Positions 20,179 through 29,091 of a stretch of 64,000 nt of DNA are shown here, in pieces. The notes below the pieces were generated by a model. That model saw only the letters and a program-made list of their open reading frames with translations. It did no database searches and was not told where the DNA came from. The translations under genes were made by a program, and so were the position numbers. Numbering within the stretch: the stretch's first letter is position 1; each line of letters opens with the position of its first letter. This DNA comes from Planctomycetota bacterium (lineage in GTDB: Bacteria; Planctomycetota; SZUA-567; H5-PLA8): positions 1 through 64,000 of the forward strand of contig BTVV01000008.1 in assembly GCA_045863855.1 (NCBI GenBank), written 5' to 3'.

Positions 20179-23100
20179 ATGAACTCGTCCGCCACGCTGC
20201 CGCCCGCCGCTCCCCGCAAACTCGCCGTCAGCGACAAGCTGCGGCTGTTCATCATCGTATCGGTGCTGCTGCACTTCGGCATCGCGGCGATTTGGGGGCT
20301 TCCGGAATATTTTCGGCGCAAGGCCGAGGAACGGCTCGCCCTGGAAGCGAAGGAGCAGCAGAAGCGCATCGAAGAAGCGGAGAAGAAGGCCATAGAGATC
20401 CGCAAGGAACAGGTTCGCGAAGAGACCAAGAAGGAAGCGGTCGAGGAGCTGAAGAAGGACTTCGACCAGATCGTCGCGCAGGACCTGAACGAAGAAGACC
20501 GCACCGAGCTTTGGGAAGACCTGCTCGACCAGCTCATGTCCGATCTGGACGACTACGCCCTGCAGATGCACGAAGCCGGGCTCACCGATGCCGATGTGCG
20601 CAATCTGCTGGGCGATCTTAAGAAGGACATGGTCAACGCGTTGCTCGACAAATTGCGCAAGATGACGGCGAAGCAGATCGCGGAGCAATTCATTGCCAAG
20701 GTGAAGGATGAGGTGGCCCCGGCGGTGAGCAAGCATTTCGAGAACGAGATCAAGCGCCAGGTCGGCGAGCCGCTGAAGCAGGAAGGCCAGAAGCTGGTGC
20801 GCGAAGAGACCACGTTCGTCGAGCGGACACGCAAGGAGATCGAGCGCGCGCTGGAAGGCGCCGAACAGGATGCGCGCCGCGCGGCAAAGGATCTGGAAGG
20901 CGCGAAGCAGCGCGTCGCCGATGCCGGCAAAGCGAACGAGAAGAAGTCCGATGCGGCCAAGGAACAAGCCGCGGCCGGCGCGAAGAACGAGGAGAAGAAC
21001 GTCGCCGCCGCGGAAGCCCAGCTCAAGGCGGCGGGAGATAAACTCGCCGAAGCATCCAAGCACGCCGAAGGCGCCGCGAAGGAGAAAGCCGAGAGCGCGT
21101 CCAGGCAAGAAGGTCCGGCCGCCGCGAAGGAAGCGGGGGAAGCGCGCGCCGCCGCGCATTCGGGCGACGCCGCGGCAACGCAGAAGGAAGCCGGCGAAGC
21201 GAGCGAAGCCGCGAAGAATTTGGCGGGCGCCGCCGAAAAGGCCCAAGGCGATGTGGCGAAGTCGGCGGGCGATGCGAAGGAAAAAGCCGCCGCTGCAGCG
21301 GCGTTGGGACAAGCCAAGGCTCAGGCTGCCGCGGCCGCAGCCACCTTGGAGGGCGTAAAGGATCGGCTTGCGAAAGCCGACCAGGCTTCCAAGCAAGCGG
21401 CCGAACAGGGCGACAAGCAGGTGGAGCGCACGGCGAAGAACGAAGAAGCAACCGCCGATCGCGCCGACAAGGCGTTGGAGAAGGCCGGAGCGCAACTGGC
21501 CGCCGCCAGCGAAAAGGCGGCCGCGTTCGGCGAGAAGCTTCAGGAGCAAGTCAAGGCCGCGGTCGAGGGTGAGGCGAAAGCTGCGCGCAAGGAAGCTGGA
21601 GAGACGAAGGAGGCCGCTCAGTCGGGCGATGCCAAGAAGGCCGAGCAGGAAGCCGGCGAAGCCGCGGCTGCCGCGGAGAAGCTCGCCCAAGCGGCCGGAC
21701 AAGCCAAGGAAGCGGCCAAGAAAGCGGAGTTCGACCCCGCGGCGCTCGCGCGAGCTGCACTCAAAGAAGCGCGCGACGGCGATATCAAAGCGATGCTCAA
21801 GGACGGCTTCGAGAAGGAATTCGCCGAACACACGTTGCCGCGTTTAAGCACCAAGCTGACCGAGACCTTCAAGAGCACCCTGGAGATGGCTGGTTCGCAA
21901 GACGAGGAACTGGTGGCTCAGGTGGGCGCAGAAGTACGCAAACTGCTTAAGGATAAGGTTCCCGCCGGTGCGCATGCCGAGGAGGCCGGTACCGAGGCGC
22001 TAAGTGCCGCCGAGAACCTCGACGGGGCCAAGAGCGAGGATATGAAGAACGAGCAGCGCGGGAAGGAAGTGGCCGGCAAGGCTAAAGCCGCGGCGAAGAG
22101 TCTGTCCGAGAGCAAGATGGAAGGCATGGCCAAGGACGGCAGCAAGGACGCTCAGTTTGCGCAGATGGCGCAAGGAAAGGGCGATGAAGGAGAGTTGCTC
22201 GAACGCGTTTCGAGGCTGGCCGGAAACGTGAACGCCGGGCGCATGGGCTTCCTGGAAGGCAGCGGCGGCGAAGGCATCGCGAAGCTTCGCCAGCGCGCGC
22301 TTGAGCGCAGCCAGTCGATGCGCCGCTCGCAGTTGAGCGCCTACCGCTTCGATGCCGCGCAGCACAAAGCGCTGACCGAGGGTATCCACGAACGCGACAA
22401 GGAAAAGGCGCAGGGCGAAGCCTGGACGCGCGAAGGCGCCAGCGGCGAGACGAGCCAAGGAGAGGCCAGCGCCGAAATTGCGCGGCCTTCCGCGCTGCTG
22501 ATGCCGCCCGAGCCCGAAAAGCCCGTCGAGTCGGATGTCGAGGCGAAAGAGGCGTACAAGCCCGAGTTCAAGACCGTCCGCTTCAACGCGGTGCCGTTCG
22601 TTTCCGAGCCGGTCAAGCTGGATGGTGATCTGGCCGAATGGAAAGACATCACCGGCGTGCAGATGTACAAGACGCTCGACGGCGGCAAGGTGGGCTCGCT
22701 GAAGGTGGTGGAGCCCCAGATCGTGAAAGTGGCTTGGGACAATACGGGCTTCTTTTTCGCGTACGACGTGAAGGACGCCGACGGGCAGATCAAGAAGGTA
22801 CAGCCCGGGAATTTCTGGGAAGGCGATGCGGTCGAGATTTGGTTCGATGCGCTCAACACGAAAGATCAGAAGCGCGGGGCGAACTGGGCGCAGCAGTTCT
22901 GGGTTTGGCCGTTCGGCGCGCAAGGCGACGACGCAAAGACCGGCGGCGAGGCGGTCAAGGACGATCCCAAAAAAGAGTGGAGCTGGGTGGCGTACGGTCC
23001 GGAGCAGCTCCGGCGCGCCGCCAAGCAGACGGCGGACGGCTGGACGATGGAAGTGCACATTCCGCGCGAGCGCCTCAAGCGGATGGACCTGGTGCCCGGC

Positions 23101-23652
23101 AAGATCATTGGCTTCAATCTTTCGATCTGCACTGGGACGCCTCTGTACTACTACTGGGGCGGCAACAGCGACGTGCGCACCAGCGAACGACCGGACACGT
23201 GGGGCGACGTGCTGCTCAGCGGAAGCGACGGGAAGCTCGACTTGCCCGCGCATCTGGCCCAGGAGGCGCAGGCTCCCAAGCCCGGCGAAACCGAAAAGCC
23301 GCTGCGCGCGCTGGTCATCGGCGAACCGCTGCGCGTTCGTGTGGCCGACCTCGACATGAACCTGGACGACTCGAAGAAGGACAAAGTCTCGGTGACCCTG
23401 AAGTCTCGCCACGGCGATACGGAAGTCGCGATCCTGGAAGAAACCGGCGAAAAGACGGGAATCTTCGAAGGCAGCGTGCGCACGGCGCTCCAGATTGGCG
23501 AACCGGTTCCGGGAACGCTTTCCCTGTACGAAGGGGAGGGGATCGAAGTGGTTTACGACGACCAGGCGCGCGCTAACGGCGCCCGTAACGTGAGCATTAC
23601 GCGCAAGCTCACGGTTGCGGCGGGGATCGTCGGGCTGGCCGCGGGGAATTGA
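20179..23652 (+). CDS. Giant TolA/TonB-like protein: TM anchor, coiled coil, CBM9-like domain, C-terminal beta domain
   Basis: TM with S-x3-H (IVSVLLHFG); long A/K/E-rich helix; KLDGDLAEW, AWDNTGFFF, FWEGDAVEIW, WTMEVHIP, PDTWG; follows exbBD. Confidence 0.75.
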   Translation: MNSSATLPPAAPRKLAVSDKLRLFIIVSVLLHFGIAAIWGLPEYFRRKAEERLALEAKEQQKRIEEAEKKAIEIRKEQVREETKKEAVEELKKDFDQIVAQDLNEEDRTELWEDLLDQLMSDLDDYALQMHEAGLTDADVRNLLGDLKKDMVNALLDKLRKMTAKQIAEQFIAKVKDEVAPAVSKHFENEIKRQVGEPLKQEGQKLVREETTFVERTRKEIERALEGAEQDARRAAKDLEGAKQRVADAGKANEKKSDAAKEQAAAGAKNEEKNVAAAEAQLKAAGDKLAEASKHAEGAAKEKAESASRQEGPAAAKEAGEARAAAHSGDAAATQKEAGEASEAAKNLAGAAEKAQGDVAKSAGDAKEKAAAAAALGQAKAQAAAAAATLEGVKDRLAKADQASKQAAEQGDKQVERTAKNEEATADRADKALEKAGAQLAAASEKAAAFGEKLQEQVKAAVEGEAKAARKEAGETKEAAQSGDAKKAEQEAGEAAAAAEKLAQAAGQAKEAAKKAEFDPAALARAALKEARDGDIKAMLKDGFEKEFAEHTLPRLSTKLTETFKSTLEMAGSQDEELVAQVGAEVRKLLKDKVPAGAHAEEAGTEALSAAENLDGAKSEDMKNEQRGKEVAGKAKAAAKSLSESKMEGMAKDGSKDAQFAQMAQGKGDEGELLERVSRLAGNVNAGRMGFLEGSGGEGIAKLRQRALERSQSMRRSQLSAYRFDAAQHKALTEGIHERDKEKAQGEAWTREGASGETSQGEASAEIARPSALLMPPEPEKPVESDVEAKEAYKPEFKTVRFNAVPFVSEPVKLDGDLAEWKDITGVQMYKTLDGGKVGSLKVVEPQIVKVAWDNTGFFFAYDVKDADGQIKKVQPGNFWEGDAVEIWFDALNTKDQKRGANWAQQFWVWPFGAQGDDAKTGGEAVKDDPKKEWSWVAYGPEQLRRAAKQTADGWTMEVHIPRERLKRMDLVPGKIIGFNLSICTGTPLYYYWGGNSDVRTSERPDTWGDVLLSGSDGKLDLPAHLAQEAQAPKPGETEKPLRALVIGEPLRVRVADLDMNLDDSKKDKVSVTLKSRHGDTEVAILEETGEKTGIFEGSVRTALQIGEPVPGTLSLYEGEGIEVVYDDQARANGARNVSITRKLTVAAGIVGLAAGN

Positions 23653-23722
23653 CGTATCGCGCCTGGCAGGACTCCGTGACTCGCTGCTTGCATCCGCCGC
23701 CCCTTGCCCGTACCTCTAAGGC

Positions 23723-24628
23723 ATGTTGGCGAAACGAATCATCCCCTGCCTGGACGTCAAAGAAGGGCGCGTCGTCAAAGGCGTGAACTTCGAGGGCCTT
23801 CGCGATGCCGGCGATCCGGTCGAGGTCGCGCGGCGTTACGACGAGCAGGGCGCCGACGAACTCTGCTTCCTGGACATCACCGCCAGCCACGAGTCGCGCG
23901 ACACGATTCTCGATGTCGTAGAGCGTACGGCCGCGCAGTGCTTCTGCCCGGTAACGGTCGGCGGCGGCATTCGCACGGTCGACGACATCCGCCGCTTGCT
24001 TCGCGCCGGTGCGGACAAGGTGAGCATCAATTCGGCCGCGGTTAAGAATCCCGACTTGCTGGCCGCAGGCGCGCAGGCGTTCGGTGCGCAGTGCATGGTC
24101 CTGGCCATCGATGCCAAACGCTTCACGCCGTACAACGCGCTGGGCGGCGTGGACAGCGAAGACGGCGTTCCCAAGCTATGCAAAGCGCTGGGAATGGGCA
24201 TCCGCGAGATGCTCGACTGGCAACAGGCGATGAAGAAACGTCTGGGCGGCTCCGCGCCGATGGGCAAGGGTTCGCGCTGGCACGTCTTTATCCACGGCGG
24301 CCGGATCGATACGGGTCTCGATGCGATCAAGTGGGCGCAGTTGGGCGTGCAACTCGGCGCCGGCGAAATTCTGCTCACTAGCATGGACGCCGACGGGACG
24401 AAAAAAGGATACGACCTGGAACTGACCCGGGCCATCGCCGAAGCCGTGGACGTACCGGTGATCGCCAGCGGCGGCGCCGGGACGCTCGACCATCTTGCCG
24501 CGGCATTGACCGAAGGCAAAGCCGATGCCGCGCTGGCCGCGAGCATTTTTCATTACGGACAACACACCATTGCCGAGGCCAAGGCGTTCCTGAAAGCCAA
24601 AGGCATTCCGGTTCGCGAAGTGCCGTAG
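23723..24628 (+). CDS. hisF: Imidazole glycerol phosphate synthase cyclase subunit
   Basis: [47 protein letters not shown]. Confidence 0.97.
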   Translation: MLAKRIIPCLDVKEGRVVKGVNFEGLRDAGDPVEVARRYDEQGADELCFLDITASHESRDTILDVVERTAAQCFCPVTVGGGIRTVDDIRRLLRAGADKVSINSAAVKNPDLLAAGAQAFGAQCMVLAIDAKRFTPYNALGGVDSEDGVPKLCKALGMGIREMLDWQQAMKKRLGGSAPMGKGSRWHVFIHGGRIDTGLDAIKWAQLGVQLGAGEILLTSMDADGTKKGYDLELTRAIAEAVDVPVIASGGAGTLDHLAAALTEGKADAALAASIFHYGQHTIAEAKAFLKAKGIPVREVP

Positions 24629-24693
24629 CCTACGTATTCCAAACCGCGATCTTACCGATTTTGAAAGTTCATTTTCTGCCGTAGGATAACGGC

Positions 24694-25434
24694 ATGTCCG
24701 GCACCCCTGAATCATTGGAGGCCCCCCCATCGCGGCTTTGGAACCAGCGCACATGTATCGCGTTGGGTGCGATGCTCATGACCGGTTGCACCGTCATCGG
24801 ATTCGCCGGCGTTTTTGCCACTTCGGCCTGGGTTGAATGGGAAAGTGAGTACGGCTGGCCGCAACGACCGGCCGTCCATTACGCAGGAACCATCGCGCTG
24901 TTGGCATTCCCGCCATTGGTCGCACTCGGGGGTTTGAATAGTTGGCAGGCTTTTAGGATGGCCATCGGCGCCCGGAAGCCGGGCAGGCTCCTTCCGCTGG
25001 CTTTAGCCGTGTTGGGCATCATGCTGATTTTCTTACCTTACGCGGGTGTGCTCCTAACGCCCCTGCTTTTCATGCTGACTTGGCAATCGATGCGTCGCCA
25101 AACCACCTTGATCGAAAACCAGGTCGGTTGGATGACGCCGATTGCTTACTTGGCTCTCTGGTGCGGAACCTTAAGCATGTTCAGCCCTACCACGCGCTTC
25201 CCCGAAGATACGTTGGGCGGGCTGCTATGGGCCTCCCTCATTTGGGCATGGTTCACTGCGGACTGCCTGATCGTTAACATCATCGCGCTGCTTAACCGGC
25301 AAGAACGCTTGGAGTATCCCGAATCTTTCCGCGTACAGTTCTCGCTCAAGACGCTGCTGACGGTCACGCTTCTGCTCGCGGCCTATGCGACGCTTTTGGT
25401 GAATTATTTGGATACGCGGCTTCTTTTCGGATGA
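24694..25434 (+). CDS. Multi-pass membrane protein
   Basis: About 6-7 hydrophobic segments; C-terminal QFSLKTLL motif of the kind common in planctomycete proteins; more AT-rich than flanks. Confidence 0.6.
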   Translation: MSGTPESLEAPPSRLWNQRTCIALGAMLMTGCTVIGFAGVFATSAWVEWESEYGWPQRPAVHYAGTIALLAFPPLVALGGLNSWQAFRMAIGARKPGRLLPLALAVLGIMLIFLPYAGVLLTPLLFMLTWQSMRRQTTLIENQVGWMTPIAYLALWCGTLSMFSPTTRFPEDTLGGLLWASLIWAWFTADCLIVNIIALLNRQERLEYPESFRVQFSLKTLLTVTLLLAAYATLLVNYLDTRLLFG

Positions 25435-25452
25435 CCGCCGCCGATTTTGAGT

Positions 25453-25481
25453 TTGACTTCGCACCTGACGCGGGATTTACT
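25453..25481 (+). promoter_or_regulatory. Putative promoter of the leuA leader
   Basis: TTGACT-17 bp-TTTACT, 9 nt before the uORF ATG. Confidence 0.45.
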
Positions 25482-25490
25482 GTTCAATCT

Positions 25491-25577
25491 ATGAGTTACG
25501 CCACTACAGAAGCCGCTTCGGCGCAAGGGGGATTCAGCGTTCGCGGGCACTCCGCGAACGTGGTGCTCCCGGGCTAA
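25491..25577 (+). promoter_or_regulatory. Putative leuA leader peptide uORF (28 aa, ending NVVLPG*)
   Basis: Short ORF within a structured 5' region; single Leu codon CTC third from the stop; mirrored upstream of leuS. Confidence 0.5.
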
Positions 25578-25721
25578 CCCGCCTTCGCTGTCCCCGACTC
25601 CAGAATTCGCTAAACTGATGTCGTGCCGGCCGCTTGCGCATGGATTTTTATCCTGCGGGCCGCTTCGTACCCCACCGTGCATGGCGCGCTCCGGCGCGCG
25701 TTAAATAGGATGGTTACCTCG

Positions 25722-27353
25722 ATGAGCGCCAAGAAAGCCATTTCCAGCCGATTCAAGTCCGTACCCCAGGACCCCAACCGGATCATCATTTTCGACACGA
25801 CGCTCCGCGACGGCGAGCAGTCCCCTGGCGCGACGATGAACCAGGACGAGAAGATCCAGGTCGCGCGGGCGCTGTACCGCTTGAAGGTGGATGTGATCGA
25901 AGCCGGGTTTCCGATCGCCAGTCCGGGCGACCACGACGCGGTGAAGGCCGTTGCCGAGGTGCTCGACGAGAAGGATGCTCCGATCGTCTGCGGTCTGGCG
26001 CGCAGTCTCGAAAAGGATATTCAGTGCGCTGCCAGCGCGGTGAAGAACGCGCGACGGCCGCGCATTCACGTTTTCCTGGCCACGAGCGCCATTCACCGGC
26101 AGTTCAAGCTCAAGAAGGCGAAAGACGAGATCGTTCGGCAGGCCGTGCAAGCCGTGCAGTTCGCTCGGACGTTCGTGGACGACGTGGAGTTCAGCCCCGA
26201 AGACGCCAGCCGCACGGAGCCCGAATTCCTCTGCGAAGTTACGGAGGCCGTGATCGCCGCCGGAGCGACCACCGTCAACATTCCCGATACCGTCGGCTAC
26301 GCGGTGCCCGATCAGTTTGGCTCGGTGATCCGCACGCTGAAAGAAAAGGTCTCGAATATCGAACAGGCGGTGATCAGCGTGCACTGCCACAACGACCTGG
26401 GCTTGGCGGTCGCCAACAGTCTGGCCGGTGTGCGCAACGGCGCGCGGCAAGTCGAATGCACCATCAACGGAATCGGCGAGCGCGCCGGCAACGCGGCGCT
26501 CGAGGAACTGATCATGGCGCTGCGCACGCGCGGCGACTTTTACCCGTACCAGACCGGGATCGACACCAAGCGGCTGCTCCCCAGCAGCAAGCTGGTCAGC
26601 GCCGTCACGGGGATCAACGTTCAGCGCAATAAGGCCGTCGTCGGCGAGAATGCGTTCGCGCACGAGTCGGGCATTCACCAGGACGGCTTCCTGAAAGAAC
26701 GCACGACGTACGAGATCATGCGTCCGGAGGATATCGGGCTGGAACAGTCCAAACTGGTTTTGGGCAAGCACAGCGGCAAGCATGCGTTTAAGAACCGTCT
26801 GAAAGAGCTGGGCTACGAGCTGGACGAAAAGCAGCTCGTCGACGCTTTCGAACGCTTCAAGGTGCTGTGCGACAAGAAGAAGAACATCTACGATGCCGAC
26901 CTGATCGCGCTGGTCGAAGATCAGTTGGTGGCCGCCGCGCCGGTGTGGGAACTGGAGTTGCTTCAGGTGGCCGCAGGCAACAAGGCGGTGCCCACGGCCA
27001 CGGTGATCCTGCGCAAGGATCAAGCGACCTACCAGGACGCCGCCATAGGGGACGGCCCGATCGACGCGCTCACGAAGGCCATCGACCGCATTACGGGAGT
27101 CTCGGGCAAGATTCTCGACTTCCAGGTTCACGCGGTCAGCGAAGGGCGCGAGGCGCAGGGCGAAGTGGACATCAAGTGCGACTTCGACGGCGAGGTGATC
27201 TACGGCCGCGGTTTCAGCACGGATATCATCGAGGCTTCGGCAAAGGCGTATTTGAACGCGGTCTGCCGCGCGGTTGCGAAGAGCGATGCGGCGGTCACGC
27301 CCGCGGAGCGTCCGGGGCATGCGCAGCCCAAGCCGGTCGGTGCGACGCCGTAA
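25722..27353 (+). CDS. leuA: 2-isopropylmalate synthase
   Basis: [45 protein letters not shown] regulatory domain; start 25710 or 25722. Confidence 0.97.
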   Translation: MSAKKAISSRFKSVPQDPNRIIIFDTTLRDGEQSPGATMNQDEKIQVARALYRLKVDVIEAGFPIASPGDHDAVKAVAEVLDEKDAPIVCGLARSLEKDIQCAASAVKNARRPRIHVFLATSAIHRQFKLKKAKDEIVRQAVQAVQFARTFVDDVEFSPEDASRTEPEFLCEVTEAVIAAGATTVNIPDTVGYAVPDQFGSVIRTLKEKVSNIEQAVISVHCHNDLGLAVANSLAGVRNGARQVECTINGIGERAGNAALEELIMALRTRGDFYPYQTGIDTKRLLPSSKLVSAVTGINVQRNKAVVGENAFAHESGIHQDGFLKERTTYEIMRPEDIGLEQSKLVLGKHSGKHAFKNRLKELGYELDEKQLVDAFERFKVLCDKKKNIYDADLIALVEDQLVAAAPVWELELLQVAAGNKAVPTATVILRKDQATYQDAAIGDGPIDALTKAIDRITGVSGKILDFQVHAVSEGREAQGEVDIKCDFDGEVIYGRGFSTDIIEASAKAYLNAVCRAVAKSDAAVTPAERPGHAQPKPVGATP

Positions 27354-27503
27354 TCCGCGGTGGCTTGTATTTTCCATATCGCGCCGGCGGCCAGCCGCAC
27401 GCTGAGCCGCCGGTCAATTTTTCTGCGCTCGACTTCGCTTGGACGCGGCGCGCGGGTGTCGGATAGTATCTGCGTGAGCCTTCGTATCGAGAAAGGTGAG
27501 TGC

Positions 27504-27953
27504 ATGACCGCACCATTGCAAGGTCAACCCATTTGCCAGGTCGCGATCGTCGTGCGCGACATCGATGCCTATTCGAAGCGCTGGTCGGAAGTCCTGGGCG
27601 TGGAAGTTCCCGCGTGGCGGGAGACGGCCAGCGCCGAGGTGACGAATATTCGCTACCGGGGCCAATCCACCGAAGGCCGGGCGAAGCTGGCTTTTTTCGA
27701 CCTTGGCGTTTTGAAGCTGGAGCTGATCGAACCGATCGGCGGGCCGAGCATCTGGCGCGAGCACCTCGATAAGTACGGCGAGGGCGTGCAGCATATCGCG
27801 TTTCGCGTTCCCGATATCGAGGCCACGGCCGACGGCTTGGCGAAACTGGGCATGGGCGAAGCGCAACGCGGCGATTTCAAGGGCGGCTGCTACCGGTATG
27901 TCGACAGTACGGCGCAGTTGGGGTTGATCCTGGAACTTTTGGGTTCGAAGTAG
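27504..27953 (+). CDS. VOC/glyoxalase family protein
   Basis: QVAIVVRDI, LELIEP, GEGVQHIAF, ILELL. Confidence 0.85.
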   Translation: MTAPLQGQPICQVAIVVRDIDAYSKRWSEVLGVEVPAWRETASAEVTNIRYRGQSTEGRAKLAFFDLGVLKLELIEPIGGPSIWREHLDKYGEGVQHIAFRVPDIEATADGLAKLGMGEAQRGDFKGGCYRYVDSTAQLGLILELLGSK

Positions 27954-27978
27954 CCGGTGCGGTTCGGGAGGGCAGGGC

Positions 27979-29088
27979 ATGAAGGTGAAAGCGCTGGGTC
28001 TTGCGTGTTGGGCCGTGCTTATGTGTGCGGGCAGCCTCCGCGCGGAAGACGCGGCGCTGCAACTGCCGGACATCCTGAAGCTCCTGGAAGCGCCGCCCGC
28101 CACGGGCCTGGTCGTGCTTTTTGTGGAACCCGGCAGCCAAGCCGAAGAGGTGGGCATTCTGCGGGGCGATATCCTGCTGGAGTATGCCGGCGCGCCGGTG
28201 GCATCGCTGGACGATTTGCGCAGGCAAGCGGGCGGGCTGGCCGAGGCCTCGACGGCAAAGATCATATCGAAGGGGCAGGAACGGTCCGTCGAGGTGCGCC
28301 CGGGCAAGCTGGGCCTGAACGTGATACCGATCAAGAAAGGGCAGCCCACTGCACTGCGCCCGCCGGCCACGGACGTGAAGTTCGATTTTTCGGCGCTGGA
28401 AAAAACTCCACTAGACCTCTGGTACAACTTTTACATCGACGGCCGCAAGTGCGGGGTGGAACGCCATCGCTTGTCGGTGAAGGATGGCGAGTTGCTGCTC
28501 TACAGCCGGGTCGCGTTCGACGGCGGTCCGCAGTGGGGCGTCAACGATTTCAAGGTGGAGGTTGCCGCGACGGCCGAGCCGCGGCCGCGCTTGAAGCGCA
28601 CGCGCTTCGAGTTCGTGCCTGCCGCGGCCGTGACAGAAGGCCGGCTCGGCGAAGCGAAGGAGACTCACGGCCTGCCTTGGCAATTGCGCAAGACCGGCGG
28701 CGGCAAACCGGATCGCGAGAGCGAGACCCTGCTGCCGGCCGACGCGATGTCCGATTACCTGCTTGCTCAGCTTGCGCCGTTCATGCCCATCGAGAAAGGG
28801 GCGTGCTGGCATGCCAGCGCGGTCATCGAAGCGAGTGGAGAAGTAATCGGTCCGGCGGGATTGCTCTGCGCCGGAACGGACACGCTGGAGGTGGACGGGG
28901 AAGCTTCGGCTTGCGCGCGGTTCGAAACGCACGCGATGGGCCGCATCACGCGCGCGTGCTGGGTCGATGCGAAGAGCCGCCTGGTACGCAGCGATTACAA
29001 CGGTGCTGTCAGCATGTTGACGACGCGCGAACGCGCGCTCGCCACACTGCCCGAATCGCTGAAGGCATTCGAAGATACGGAAAAGTGA
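27979..29088 (+). CDS. Secreted PDZ-domain protein
   Basis: Signal peptide; VEPGSQAEEVGILRGDILLEYAG PDZ motif; beta-rich C-terminus. Confidence 0.7.
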   Translation: MKVKALGLACWAVLMCAGSLRAEDAALQLPDILKLLEAPPATGLVVLFVEPGSQAEEVGILRGDILLEYAGAPVASLDDLRRQAGGLAEASTAKIISKGQERSVEVRPGKLGLNVIPIKKGQPTALRPPATDVKFDFSALEKTPLDLWYNFYIDGRKCGVERHRLSVKDGELLLYSRVAFDGGPQWGVNDFKVEVAATAEPRPRLKRTRFEFVPAAAVTEGRLGEAKETHGLPWQLRKTGGGKPDRESETLLPADAMSDYLLAQLAPFMPIEKGACWHASAVIEASGEVIGPAGLLCAGTDTLEVDGEASACARFETHAMGRITRACWVDAKSRLVRSDYNGAVSMLTTRERALATLPESLKAFEDTEK

Positions 29089-29091
29089 GCG

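Noticed and set aside
25701..27377. 558-aa ORF antisense to leuA, and similar shadows over leuS, glnD, AKR-Cld and the TolA-like gene
   Set aside because: Codon-bias artefacts opposite well-supported genes.
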